From NCBI RefSeq assembly GCF_009914755.1, contig NC_060939.1: DNA of 64,000 nucleotides. One strand, given 5' to 3'. This DNA comes from the human T2T-CHM13v2.0 reference genome, Homo sapiens. This document shows positions 13,730 through 28,865 of the stretch, in pieces. Position 1 is the stretch's first letter. Every line of letters starts with the position of its first letter. The translations under genes were made by a program, and so were the position numbers. The notes beneath the pieces are model-generated. The model did no database searches. It saw only the letters and a list, made by a program, of their open reading frames with translations, and was not told the DNA's origin.

Positions 13730-14480
13730 AAAGTTGTATTAGGGATTCACTTAAGCAGAAATGAACTGTAATATGCAAATAGTTCTAATTGGACTGCTAA
13801 TAGAGCGTGTCTCTGTTGTTTTTTTGTAGGGAGTTTTATGCCTATGTAATCAGTGCAGACAGCCGTTAAGTAAATGAAGAGGCAACTAACAATGTCAGAA
13901 AAGAGACCGGGCGGTTCCGGCTGACACTACCCTAATCTTCCAGGACCCATTAAATGGTAGTTTCAACGCATTACCTACCATAACATCCTTGAATATCACT
14001 GATTTTATTTGCAGTATCAAACATTCCATTTCATGCCCCATTAACAGTGGGAGCCTGGGCTTTTTGACGCAGCTAAACATTTTACTAACTACCTGGACTA
14101 AGTAACCAATTAACTTTTGGAGACAATACGGCCAATTAAGCGCGAAAAGGTAAGGCTGTCATCCCCCACGAAAATTGAATTTCCTTTTCCTGATGGCACT
14201 TATTGTCGCCGTTCAATTGTTAATGGAGATTCGGTCCCTATTGAAGTATGAAGGCAAAGTGGAATGGAAAAGTTCAGAGGACTTGGTTCCTAAAGAGTAG
14301 GTCACAAAGTGTCCCAACTGGCCACTAATTCAGTTAACTTTTCTTCATGCCAGATTACTTATTGGACGCGACTGGAACAGGGCTCTAATACGACATTCTG
14401 TGATAGTACATTGCACAATCTGGTAGCTTGCGAGGAACCCATAGGCCCAGGGCAGTAGTTTGGGACCTTGTATGGGAGGT
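13730..14480. promoter_or_regulatory. Candidate conserved non-coding element / enhancer
   Basis: Repeat-free, CpG-retaining; CTAATTGG, CCATTAA x2, CCAATTAA x2, AACAATG, TTTTATG. Confidence 0.5.
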
Positions 14481-14936
14481 TTAGGAACAACAACAAAAAA
14501 AAAGTTATCCATTTTTAGTTTTGTTCTTGTTTTTTTGACAGCAGAAATATCAGTGTCCGACAAGATATTGCCCTGGTTTTCACTGGCTTGGACTCTTCAG
14601 AGAGAAAAACAAATCCATGTATAGAGAGGTGGGCTCCAAATTAACCCCCTGTGGTTTGGGAATTTATTTTCTAAATGGCAGACAAGGTCTCGGGTGGTGA
14701 TTCTGCTATGTGGATTTGACTCCAGTTGACTGGAATGGAGCACAAGTAATGAACTTGGATATCACATTTTTGAAAGCTTGAGGCAAATTTTATCCCTTTG
14801 GTAGAAGTCTTTCATCTTTGAAGGTACAGAAGAAAATTTGTCCCGGAGGGCATCTTCCACAGCCTTGTATAAGTGAGAAACATGAAGCTTATATAGAGTC
14901 AGAAACTAAACACTGAACTCAGATTTATCTATCTGT

Positions 14937-14961
14937 AAAAAAAAAAAAAAAAAAAAAAAAA
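14937..14961. repeat. A25 mononucleotide run inside a MIR-like remnant
   Basis: Follows CTCAGATTTATCTATCTGT. Confidence 0.9.
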
Positions 14962-16299
14962 CCACATCAAACAGCTTTGTGAAAATGCAACTGTTCTAAA
15001 TGGGAAGAGAAATCAAGAATTTTGAAAAATAGGTAAAGAATAGACTTCCAATGATGATCATTTGAATCTGACTTTAATACAAAAATGTTAATGCTTACAT
15101 ATTCAATGTTGTCAAATTATTCCTAGAGCAATACAATTGTTTAACATTTATTTAAAACCTGCTCACATACACTTAAAATCTGATTTGGGCCTGAAAACTC
15201 ATAAGTAAAGCAGTGATCTAAGTTGTGCTTGAAATTATTAATTTCCTGTATTGTTTAATGGTAGAGGTATTTGATCCCCACAGAACAGCTGTGGAATTGC
15301 CATGGGAAAAAAATTCATGTATTCCATTGCTATGTTAGTATTCTTGGTTCACAACTTTTTTATGTTGTTTCTGCCAGATTCTGTGATGATGGAAAGCAGG
15401 AACAAAAAGAATTAATATTATATACTTTCAGGTTTAGATATTCTTTGAAGAATTTGAGAAGGATTGTTACTTCCAAAGAAGATTTGAATAAGAAATAGAT
15501 CTATATTAATATGGACCAATTAATAACATTGAAATTTCCTTTTGAAATTTTCCTTGGATTTTAATATCTTTTCTCAAGAGACACAATTTTCTTTATAGAA
15601 GTGATTGCTGTGGGCTATTTATTTTAGCCATTTTCCCATGGCAGTGGATGATTTAAAAATGATTACAATAGTTTGAACTTCCTGTTATTGAAGATAGAGG
15701 AGTAAAGCCAGATCTCAAATGCTTCCCACTCCCACCCCCTGACATCCCTACAAGAGAATAATGAAAACAAACAAGCAATAACAAAACTACATCAGCAGTA
15801 CTCAAACTGTGGAAAGGGCTGGTGGCCAGAAGCTTCCAATCATCCACATCACCAAGCAAAGATGGCAGGAGATATTGTAGGAAGCGCCGAGCCAGGAGAT
15901 GCTGCAAAGCCTTAGGGTCAGCTGAGGTGGGCAGAGAGGCGTGTAGTGTAGACAGACCCACATGCAGTTCCTCCCAGCCTTTTGCACAATCAGGGGAGAA
16001 GCCAAAAGTCTTTTGCCACTTGAGTTAATAGAAGTGAAAATGAAGAGGAAAGTAAACAATCAATGCTATCGATGGTACAAAGTTTCCAGGGGCCCACACT
16101 ATACCTCCTACTAGAGTCAAGTAGGTTCCTGAGAAGCCAATCTTGACATTAGACATTTAACAAGAGGAAAGGGCAGATACTAGTTTCAGTCACTGAGGTT
16201 GCATCAAATCCTCAGGCTACAGAAAATTCATTTCTCAAGTGTGGCTCCTAGAAGGGGACATAGGAGGGGAGAAAGGAAAGTGACTGATTACATGGAAAA

Positions 16300-17520
16300 A
16301 CAAAACAAAACAAAAATCCAGATCAATCAGTCAATCTATAAACCGTTTAGAAAACAAATCATGGGTTGTTTTAATCATCAGGGGGTGAGTAGACCTTCCT
16401 AATAAACACAAAATTCACATACTAGAAAATGTTAGATATATGTGACTAAAAATATTCTGGATAACAAGTACACACTGTAATGTTTAGAAGTCTAAGGAGA
16501 GTCAATCCAGGGAAAAAATAATTCATCTTTTCACAAAGGTCTATTATTTTAACTAATAAAAGCTCAAACAAATCAATAAAAAAGATAGAAAACTAGCAAT
16601 TTACAAAGAAGTAGATACAAATGGCCAATAAATCTATTTAGATTCTCAGTTTTACTCAGAATTTTTTAAATTGCAAATTAAAATAACAGCAGGTTACCAT
16701 TTTTTATCTCTCTGATGAAACGAATGCTAAGGTTGGTTTCTCCCCAGTGCTGAAGTGGGTGGAGCCAGGCTGCCACTTCCTATAAACTTTCTGGGTAGCA
16801 ATTTACTGATGCATCCCCATATTTAAAAAGAGTACTTTACTAGGAGTGCTGTAAGTTACACAAACAGAAACACACAGCTATGCATATATATACATATACA
16901 TATATTTAACTTTCATATATAATTTATATATGTGTTATATATATTATATTCATATCAACTTTATTTATATATATAAGACACACATAAATTATATATATAT
17001 ATTTTACAAAAGCATTAAACATAATTTTGGCAATAACCAAAGTATCTGTCGATAAAGGGGTGTTATAATAAAGTCCACTGAATAGAAAGATTGCTAGATA
17101 CATTAAATAAAAAAATAAAGTGCACAATGATGTGCTTTTCTGAAAAGAAAGTTTGCTAGATATGTTAAATTAAAAAAAATCAAGTGCAACAGGATTGTTT
17201 TCTGATGTGTATGTAATATTTTTCATTATGTATATATTTAGATATATACACACATTTTTTCATATATACACAAATTTTTCATATATATTTATTTCCACTA
17301 TTATAAATAATATAAACAAATATATCTATATCTCCATGTGTTTTGCATAATCTAATACATTCATGAATGTTTAGGGCCTCTGGAATAAATCATAAGAAAT
17401 TATGTATGCTAGTTGCATTTAGAGTTTGGTGGGGGTTGTTATAAAAAAAGGATGTTACTTTTTACTTTGGATATTCTGAGTTTTTAAGTTATGCATATGT
17501 ATTATTTTATACTATAAATT
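16300..17520 (+). mobile_element. Ancient L1ME-type ORF2 3'/3'UTR remnant
   Basis: CAAATCAATAAAAAAGA, ATACAAATGGCCAATAAA, TGCAAATTAAAATAACA, TACCATTTT motifs. Confidence 0.7.
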
Positions 17521-19070
17521 AATATCCACATTGTTAATAAGAGGACTCAGTTTCTGGGCACATTTTGCTTATTTGACTGTTTTCCTCTTGATATTTTTCA
17601 CTAGAAACAAGCAAAATTACTTTTAAAATGTTTTTTTCTTGCTCCCTATGTGATTGTAGAAAATTTGGAAAACAGGCTTTTCCTATCCGGATGAACAGAG
17701 ATAATTTGTGTCGATGGATGTTCTGTGAAGGCCTATTGTGTCGAGCAGCGTATTAAAACATAAACATGGCTCTTCCCCCAAGAAACTTACATTTCAGTAA
17801 GGGGTATGTATATTCCAGTGAAGTGTACAAACAATAATAAAAGGTGTGTTTAATGATCCTTTAAGGGCACTTAAGAGATTTCTATGACAAGATATAAATG
17901 AAATGCCTCATTGTGTTTGGACTTGAATTAATATTTAGCTTCTTGAAATAATATTTTCTGACTAATAAACTAATATAGGGCTCATTTACTAAACTTAGAA
18001 AAAATGCAGACAAGTCAAAAAATTCCCAGTTTGAACAGTTTTATATCTTGCTTTTGCAGTGAACATTTAAAAAAGGAAATTAGGTAAATAGCATTCAATG
18101 AAGGCTCAGAACTAATATGACTACTACAATTATATCATTTTTGAGACATTGTGTCATGAGCATTTCTTTATGGCAATACATTATCTTTGAAAGCATAACA
18201 CATATGATTCAGTGATGCAATATAACTTATTTGAACAGTTCATGCTTGTTGGGCAATCATTTTGAACTTTATTTTTTCTCATACATATTTTTAGCTGTGA
18301 CTTGTATAGGCTCTTTAATGACACCTTATGTATATATTGCCATCCTAATGAAGCTGTACCTTTTCTGAGAAGGGAAATTATGAGATGGTGGTGGCCATAT
18401 GGTGGAACTGAAAGAGGCAATTCAATCACAGGCCCCCAGTTACAGTCCATACACTACCTTTGGCTTCCCAAAGAAACCTCCTCCACTTGGGACATTCTGA
18501 ATCTCTTGAGTATACATTCAGGTAGGAAAAGCTGCATTATAAAAATAATGGAAGAACATGCTTTGAAACCTGAATGCATTAAATCATTAGTTGGATTTTT
18601 GTTTGTTTGTTTGTTTGTCTTAAGGCAGTTTGGACTGGCAACCATGCGCAAAGAGGAGAAGAGATACGAGTTTGCAGGGCCATTCCAGAAATGAGTAGTT
18701 ATATAGGCATACAGTGGCATGGGCTTGAAGTGAAGTGAACACCGTAGGCATAAAAAGACAGTGAGAGCTGTGAGTAGATCTTCCTAATAAACACAAAATT
18801 CACATACTAGAAAATGTTAGATATATGTGACTAAAAATATTCTGGATAACAAGTACACACTGTAATGTTTAGAAGTCTAAGGAGAGTCAATCCAGGGAAA
18901 AAATAATTCATCTTTTCACAAAGTTCTATTATTTTAACTAATAAAAGCTCAAACAAATCAATAAAAAAGAAAACTAGCAATTTACAAAGAAGTAGATACA
19001 AATGGCCAATAAATATATTTAGATTCTCAGTTTTACTCAGAATTTTTTAAATTGCAAATTAAAATAACAG
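16385..19070 (+). repeat. ~305-bp direct duplication, copies 16385-16689 and 18770-19070
   Basis: Manual alignment: 3 substitutions and one 4-nt indel. Confidence 0.97.
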
Positions 19071-21405
19071 GAGGTGGGATCTGTGATTGGCTGGATTGGT
19101 CCTAAAGCACAGGGCATGAAGGAAAAGAACTAATGGGACTCCTAAGTGTTAGTGCTGCAAGATGATCTTAACAAATAGGGATAAATGAGAAGGGTAAGAG
19201 AAGTTAAGAAAGCATTTAATGACAAATGTGAAGTCACCAATTATTCAGATAAGTTGAGTTACAATTTGGTGTAAGAGGCAGGTGAGTCTCTTAAACATTT
19301 TCAGCATCCAAGGAAAATAAATATGACCATTGCAATTGAAGAAACTAGAGGGAGCCCAGGTCTGGCACCCCAGATGCCTGGCAGCAGACTTCTAATCTCC
19401 GTCCAGAGAAAGATGACTGGGCTTACCACAAGTCAATACCTGTGGACAAAGATAGAAAAGAGTCTATATGAATGAAGAGAGCTGTGAATGTACTGAAAAT
19501 TGAGTGAGTCAAGGTCTTTACAGTGAAGTATAGATTACAAGATCCCTCAAAGTTCTAAATATGGGGTTAAGGTTATAGAACCATAGAAAAATGGGGGACT
19601 TGGAAGGGGAGGTTTAGACATTTTTCTGGTATGAGATTGAATTCGTTCAAACTCACTTAGATTGTAATAATGAGGTTCATTTAAGACCTAGGACTTGCTG
19701 AAATAATATGGTTAAAGCCATGAGACATTAAGATTGTACTTGCCATAACAGAACCCGTTTGGGTTATTATTAATCTAATCTCATAAGTGCACATAATACC
19801 TAAGCAAGCAAACCAAAGCTTTGAATTCAGTTTACACTAATAGTAAGAATATCTCATGGGCTTTTCACCAGGATTCTCTGTACCATTAAGCAATTACTAG
19901 TGGCTAGAACACTACTAGCCCACATGTCGCTATTTCTGGTTAGGGGATTTTCTTGCCTGCCTGACTAAATCTTCCAATTAAGTGCACTGGTAGTACATTC
20001 ATTTCAGTTCTTCACTTACAATGCACAGTGGAAAGTATTGTTACTTCAAGTAAACAGCTTTAGGAGCTGTTGAACCACAGACATCATTGCTGGTTTTTAG
20101 TCTTCCCGCCAGTGGTAGGATATCATTGTGTAACAAGCAAAGGTGAGGCCTGGAGACAAAGACAGTCTTTTTTATTGATATAGCAACATCTTTGTCAACA
20201 AAGTTACTATATCCAATGACATTTTCTTTTTTTTTTTCTGCGTCTGTTAGTTTCAACTACAGAGTTATATTTAAATTTGCTCTGTTTAAAGTTTGGAATT
20301 TAAAGCCCAAGGAAGGTCAAAGTAGCATAAAGTCTCTCCTACAGTGTTCATCAGAAATCAATTAAAATTTATTTTATTTTTTAAATAAATTATTATAATT
20401 AACAGTTATGACAGTTCTAAATAAAATCATATGGTAATAATAATTTATTATATTATGTATATGGATTTTTTAAAAAACAAGATAGATTCATGCCTAAAAA
20501 TTAATACATTTAGGGTGGAACCAAGTCTGGAATCAGTTTTAATTATTTACAGTAAAGTTTTTTTCATGATGATATATAAGATCAATGTACAACCTTTTTG
20601 TAAATCTTATAAACCAGGAGAGAATGACTATCTCTGAAACACAGTGCAGTGATTAAGCATGGAGGCTATTAAAATAATAATTTCTGAATTCATACCATAA
20701 TTCTAGCTTCAACTAGCTTTGATTAAATTTACTTATCTTGTCAATGCCTCAGATTTAGCTGTTAAAAAAAAAGCAATAATAGTACTTACCACACACAGTT
20801 TTTGTGAGAATTAAATGAAATCCTGAATTATAGAACATACCATATTAGTTTAATCATTTATAACCAAGTGCATGTTTTTGAACCCTAGGGACTATAGTAA
20901 TGGTACAAGATAATGAACACATAAATATTCCAGAGGATTTAGATAAAATCATAGATAATGGTAGCTCCTCCTCTTTTTTTTTTTAACTGGAGTCAAGGAT
21001 ATATGGGCTATATTTATAGATTTTCATGATATAATCACAGAACTTACTAGAGTCCCTGAGAAAGTTCCTCATGATGGTACAACCTGAAGTGGACAATGAA
21101 TTTGAAGCCTGATTGATAAGACAAAAGTACCTCAGTTACTGTAGAAAGATTTACTAATCAAAATGTGAATTGGATGGGTACATAATCCATTTATAAGTGA
21201 AAACATCCTCCTGGTCCCCACCTCTGTACAACTCGTAGAATGTTAGATGTCTTCAAAACTCTCTTATAAATGGATGGTAATATTTTTCTCTGTCTGATGT
21301 TTAACTTGATAATTTAAGAATAGTAGGAGTGTCAGAGTCAAATTTGTGGTATTTTCAGCTTTTTGATAATGTAAGTGCTATCCTACTTGTAAAATATCAA
21401 ATACA

Positions 21406-21776
<371 letters not shown>

Positions 21777-22796
21777 CTATTACTTTAGGCATGCATAAGG
21801 TCCCAGGGTCTCACTGGGGTGGGGCAGGCACAGGTAGAAAAACTAAGGAACAAAAATTCTTGAGCAGCCTGACAATTTTTTAGAGTTAGCTAACTATTCC
21901 GACACACCAAACTAATGCAATTAACTCAAACTTTTGCTCTTTCTTTTCCTAGGGAGACATTAGTATTACACAGTGCAATTGGAGGCTTTCCTTCCGTTCT
22001 GCAACTTTTTTTTTCTTCGTTTAATCTTTAACTTTAAAAAAGAAACACCAAATTTTTTTTAGTCTTGCTCTTCGAAGCCAAGAGTGATGTTCAGTGGTAA
22101 AAGTTGTGGGGGCTTAATAAGAGAAACACTATCTCCCATTATGAAATTTTATAACTGTTTCTTTGTACTTATTTCCCAAACTAAAAGCCTTACTCTTTCC
22201 CTTAGAGCCTGGCCAAAATGGAAAACTGCAAGGTTCAAATCCTGGAGTGCAGAAGAAGCATTAGGCATTGACCCTGTGGCTTCCTAATAGATCCGCAAAG
22301 TGCTTTGTTCCTGGAAATCATCCGATGAGTAGTTCAGTGCTATTGTATATCTTGTTAGAGCAGCCGAAGTGCCACAAAATGAACTAAAATCTCCCTGCAG
22401 AGTTGCTGTATCATATGCTGAGAACATTCGGAACTTTCAACAAATTCATGTTACGATCCTGGGTAGCCATGGTTAAATCTGTACAGGGGTTAAATGAGAA
22501 ATATGAGCCTGCTGTTAAGTGTCTTCTGAGAGTGACAAAGCTCTGGCCATAAGGGATGGGAGAGGAGGGATTTCTTCTCAGCCTTCCAGCCCTTTCCAGC
22601 TGTATCACAGACAGGAGACATAATGCAAAGGGGCTCAGACATTGACTTCCTGGATCTTTGCGGCCCCAGGCATTGACCCCCTCTACCTGGCTTTTCCTAC
22701 GCTGTAAAATGAGGATCCTCCTATATTATGGAGTTTATTGTGACAACTAAATAGCTGAGAAGAAGGACATCTCATTTGTTTTAACTATGCAGTTTC

Positions 22797-23082
22797 CTGT
22801 CTATCTATCTATCTATCCCATCAATCTATCAATCAATCTATCAATCTATCTGTCTATCCCTATCTATCTATCCATCTATCTATATCTGTCTATATCTATC
22901 TAACATTTATCTATCATCTATTCATCTATCAGCTATCATCTGTCTATCAATATTTCAATCAATCTCTCTATCCCTATCAATTAATCTATCTACCTACCTA
23001 TCAACTATCCATCTATCTCTATCATCTATCATCTATTCATCTATCATTTATCATCTGTCAATCCATCTTCCTACTATCTATC
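22797..23082. repeat. Degenerate (TCTA/TCAA/TCCA)n tetranucleotide array
   Basis: Direct reading, ~285 bp. Confidence 0.95.
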
Positions 23083-23125
23083 AAAAGCAACACATTTTCT
23101 TCCTGACTTTAAAAATATTTAAGTG

Positions 23126-23497
<372 letters not shown>

Positions 23498-23559
23498 TTA
23501 TTACGTCTTCAATATAATAATTGTTCCATGTATCTCTCCTAAATTGCCATTTGAAAAAC

Positions 23560-24480
23560 TGCTTTTCTGAAGTTTAAAGTGCACATTTTGATACATCTTG
23601 ACACATATATACACCCATGAAATCATCACCACAATCAGGATAGTAGATCTATCCATTACCGCCAAGGTTTACTTGCACTCCTTTGAACTTTCTCCCCACT
23701 CCTCACCCCCTGCCTATCCCCAATCCTTAAGCAATCACTGATTTGCTTTCTGTCACTATCAGTTAATTTGAATTTTTCAGAAATGTATATAAATAAAATC
23801 ATTCGACGTGTATGCTCTTTTTCTGTTCACCCGGTACAATTTGAGATTTAGCCATGTTTTTGCATGTGTCAATAGTTTATTTTTTTGTTGCTCAGTACTA
23901 ATCCATTTTATGGATACAGAGAAATGTATTAATGCAATCCCATATTAATAGGCATTTGGGTTGTTTCCAGGTTTGGGCTGTTACAAATAAAGCTGCTGTG
24001 AACATTTTTGTGCAAGTCTTTTTATGAGTATATTCCTTTATTTCTTTTGGGTAAATACCTAGAAGTGGGATGGGTGTATCACATGGTACGTAAATATTTA
24101 AATTTTTAAGAGAATGCCAAACTGTTTTTCAAAGTAATTGCACCATTTTATATTCCCACCAGGAATATATGAGAATTCCAGTTCCTCTACATACTCACAG
24201 ACATATTGTATGGTCAGTTTCCCCACCTTCTCCCTGTCTCACCTCATTTCAGACATTTGAATAGGTATTAAATGGTATTTTATTGTGATTTAAATGTCAT
24301 TTCCCTAATGACTAATCAAATATACTTATCCGTTTATTTGCTATCTGTATACTTTTTTGAAGTATTTGTTAAACTCTTTTGCACATTTTTAATGAGTTAC
24401 ATTCTTATGAAGATTGAAAACCCTTCATACAGTCTAGATGCAAGTCCTTTGTTTTGCCAGTATTCTTTTTCCAATCTGAG
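23560..24480 (-). mobile_element. L1MB-type 3' end
   Basis: Antisense L1 motifs TTTGGGTTGTTTCCAG, ACAAATAAAGCTGCTGTGAACAT, GGGTAAATACCTAGAAGTGG, ATTCCCACCAG. Confidence 0.85.
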
Positions 24481-24699
24481 AAAGGGAGAGAGAAAGAGAG
24501 AGAAATCTTTGTGGCCTTGAAGATTTCTAAGGAATAATAAAAAAAAAATCATGATCTTTAAATGAAAAAAAATTTTAACTTAAAACATGTGTTCTTCAAA
24601 ATACACTGGCTACAGATCTGTCCTCTCCTCTCCTCTCCTTCTTCTCCTCTCCTCTGCCTCTTCCCCCTCCTCCTCCCCTCTCCTCTCTTTTCTAATGCC

Positions 24700-26845
24700 T
24701 CCTGGCATCTCTGGCCTACTTAGGAACATTACTTGCCCCAGAGTTTCTGATACAAAAAATTTCCCCTCTTGACCTCATGCAGTATTCCATTAAAACAACA
24801 GTTGCTGCCTACTTATTGGGCTTTCCTGAAAACAGAGGCTCTCACAGTCTCCAAGCCTGTGACTGTATTCCAAGTTTCCCACCATGCTTTTAGTCATGAA
24901 AACTGCACTCCACAAGCTCAGCACAGCTACAGTCTTCCCTAAGACAGGATGGAGCCAAACTCAGGACCCCTGGCATATTCTGCCTGCAGGAATGGGTAGC
25001 TTTGTCTATCCTCAGACTTGTGGTACATGCCAGAGTGTCCAGGTCACCGCTCTTACAGAGCCCTTGGCTACCTGGAAGCCCTTGGGATTCCCCAAGTGAA
25101 CAGTAATGGGAGTTCGTAGACTGTGTGGATGGCACTGCTGACCATCCTACATGGTAGAGCTCAGTGACACGTTGCTGTTTTTCATCCCTTAGCCAGGATA
25201 TCCCTGGTAAAGGACAGGGCCCAAGGAACAGACTTGGCCAAGCTTCAGGCAGTCATCTTAGCCCTGGATGCCCTGGCCAACAAATGATCTCATCTTCACA
25301 TTGATTAGAAACTATTGGGCCATTATGTAGAAATAGTCCCATTCAGGTAAAAAATCTGGAAATTTCTTGCCTCACGGATACCCAAAATATAACTCAAAAG
25401 CATGTCTGCATATATACTATGGTCATAGTAAAAGTTCTTATCAGCACACTTTATCCTTTTTGGAGTTAAAAACATTACTCATAATAAACAAGACACATTT
25501 TATTTTTCAAAATACTTAAGCTGGGTTCTTGGAGGAAGCATTCAATAGAACTTTCATGTCCCTAATATTTCCCACACAGCCCATTTATCTGAGAGATATC
25601 ATGGTCTCCTCACAACCTCCTTTTCAAATTACTGTCTGATAGATCAACTACCAAATGAACCTCTATGTTGCCCCAAGCCTTAACTTGGCTTTGTAAGTGT
25701 TCACTCTTACCACCATCCCATAAGGGCTAGAGGCCACATTGAGGTACATGCTGTCTTGGGACCCATTAATTATAGATTGTCCCATAGGCCAGATAGCCAC
25801 TCATCTGATATGAGACCAATTTCAAATTAAACTTCCACCAATAAACAAAAACCAAAGCCATATGAAGTGCAGCTGCACCCCATTCTGTTGACTGTTTGTC
25901 TTATTACAACTGTTCTGAGTGCCTTAATTTGTTTACAACTGGGAGGCCCAAATCCTCCAAATAAGCCATTGTTTCAACCAAGCACAGAAAATGCTGAGAC
26001 TCACCTCAACCTGAGTGGGTATCCACTTGAGAAAGGGTATCTCAAGCTCTACATTCCAGATGGCGTCACCCTGATCCAGAAGCTCACTGCTAGAGATGCC
26101 GTAATGTCAGATTACACGGCCCCAACCAACAACCCTACCAATGGAGATGGCTTCACTTCCTGCACCAGAGATGACTTCACCTCAACGGTAAAATCTCCAC
26201 CTCTGTGATACCAGTCAACTGCCTCTTGAAAGGCACCAACTGGACATAGGAGAGTTCTGCTTTTCTTCCTTTAACTTAGACATTCTATTATGTTTCTGAA
26301 CTTGCTGTCTGCTCAGTCTATGATCCTGGCATACTGCTTGCTCTCTGCCAAGCATACACACTACACTCCCATGCCTAAAGAGAAATCTGGTAGAGGTTAC
26401 TACTATCTGTGCCATTCTAAAAAATAACATAGATTATTGCTTTCCCCAGAAGTTACTTGCCTTATATCAGTCAATTTCTTGACCCTTAAGGAGAGGAGTA
26501 GTGCCTTCTCCGACTACACTCCTCCATTGTGAACTCCTGCCTTGCGTCGCCAGCCATTACCATTCATTCCCTTGGATTGCACACAAATGTCGCTAATCTT
26601 TATTAAATTAGGAGTTCATACCCTCCAACAACATAACTGATGGGCCTGTCACCTTGATCTTAGCATATTTCTAACACGTTTTACAGCTCCATCAAAATAT
26701 TTTTAGAGACTCCCCAAAATTTCAGCTCTATTTTCCTGGATAATGCTGTAAAAATGGGAAACTTAGCTATGGGCTGAACGACAAGGACTCTTTGTACTTC
26801 TACTTGTATTCCTTTAATCTGTTGTCAGAATTTCAGAGGACCAAC
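24700..26845 (+). mobile_element. ERVL-class proviral internal remnant (pol RNase H region, HERVL74-like)
   Basis: VDGTA (~25124) and QGTDLAKLQAVILALDALA (25222-25278) resemble retroviral RNase H motifs; purine-rich CAGAGGACCAAC directly before the LTR. Confidence 0.6.
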
Positions 26846-27268
26846 TGTATTATTCATGTTTTTTATTTTCTATATTTTATGTTGTTTTGACATCCTCAGG
26901 GGTCCTTGCTGGCTGGGGAGAGAATGTACCACCCAGGGCTAGCAGATTCCTAGAGAAGGGAAACAACCTGTCAGTGAGCCTGCCTTTTATATACAAACTA
27001 CAGAATCCAGAATCAATACCACAGTCACCTTCTTCCTCTAACTCTCGCACATCAGGCCAATAGTTCTCCTACCCTATATCAACCCAGGGTCAGGTACCAG
27101 ACAACCTGGGGCAACCCGTAGTTCCCAAAGCCTACTAGAATTATTCAAGCTGGCCAATCTTAAACTGTTTACTCTGCCATGCCCTGCCTTTCCTGCAGAA
27201 TATACCGTAAGACTGTGGCCTATGGCTTTTCTGCCTCCTGACAAACACTAGTGCTTACCCCTGTGAGT
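26846..27268 (+). mobile_element. ERVL LTR (MER74/MER54-like), 3' truncated
   Basis: TGTA start; TTTTGACATC...CCTTGCTGGCTGGGGAGAGA...CCCAGGGCTAGC...GGTACCAGACAAC...ATTATTCAAGCTGGCCAATC. Confidence 0.75.
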
Positions 27269-27350
27269 TAATTCTGGAGTGTTTCTATTGCTATATCTTA
27301 AAATCCATTAATTGTTTTCTCTACGATATCTATTCTGCTGTCAATCCCAC

Positions 27351-27738
27351 TGCTATGGGCTGAATATTTTTCTTTCCCCTCAAAATTGTATGTTGAAACC
27401 ATAACCTTTAATGTGTTCTTTCTAATCCAATAAGATGGTATTTAAAGGTAGGGCCTTTGGGAGGTAATTAGGTTTCAAGTCACAAAGGTAGAGTCCTCAG
27501 GATGGGATTAGTGGCCTTATAAGAAAAGACCAGAGGGTTAGCTCCTTCTCTCTTCCATGTGAGGATACAGCAAGATGATAGATGTCTGCAAACCAGGGAG
27601 ATCCTTCACTAGATACCAAATCTTTTGGCTTCTCAGTCTCTAGATTCTCAGTCTCTAGAACTGTGAGAAACAAATGTTTGTTGTTTAAGTCTCCCAGTCT
27701 ATGGTAATTTGTTATAGTAGACTGCACTGACTAATATA
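27351..27738 (+). mobile_element. MLT1A/MLT1A0 solo LTR
   Basis: TGCTATGGGCTGAAT...GGGCCTTTGGGAGGTAATTAGG...AGAACTGTGAGAAACAAAT...TTTGTTATAG; perfect TSD CCCAC (27346-27350, 27739-27743). Confidence 0.92.
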
Positions 27739-27988
27739 CCCACCCAGTGTATATTTTATCTTAGACATTGTAAAATTGTTCCTTAGAATTTAGATTTGAT
27801 TCATTTTTATATCTCCATGTTTCTACTTACCATCTGAACATATGGAATACAGTATAATTGTTTTAATGTCTATGTCTGCCAATTCTAAAATCTGTGTTAG
27901 TTTTTGGCTGGTTTTAATTGATTGCTTTTTCTCATGATGATAGTTTATGTTTTTCTGCTTCTTTGCATTCCTGGTAATTTTTGATTAG

Positions 27989-28365
<377 letters not shown>

Positions 28366-28430
28366 CACTATAAATATTCTTGAGCTCCATTTTGGGATGC
28401 AGTTAAGTTACTCAGAAATAGTTTTTTTTG

Positions 28431-28433
<3 letters not shown>

Positions 28434-28467
<34 letters not shown>
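28434..28467. repeat. (TG)17 microsatellite
   Basis: Direct reading. Confidence 0.95.
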
Positions 28468-28471
<4 letters not shown>

Positions 28472-28515
28472 TCTTGCTTTTAATATTAGTCAGGCAAGGC
28501 TAGAGCAGTGTCTAG

Positions 28516-28865
<350 letters not shown>

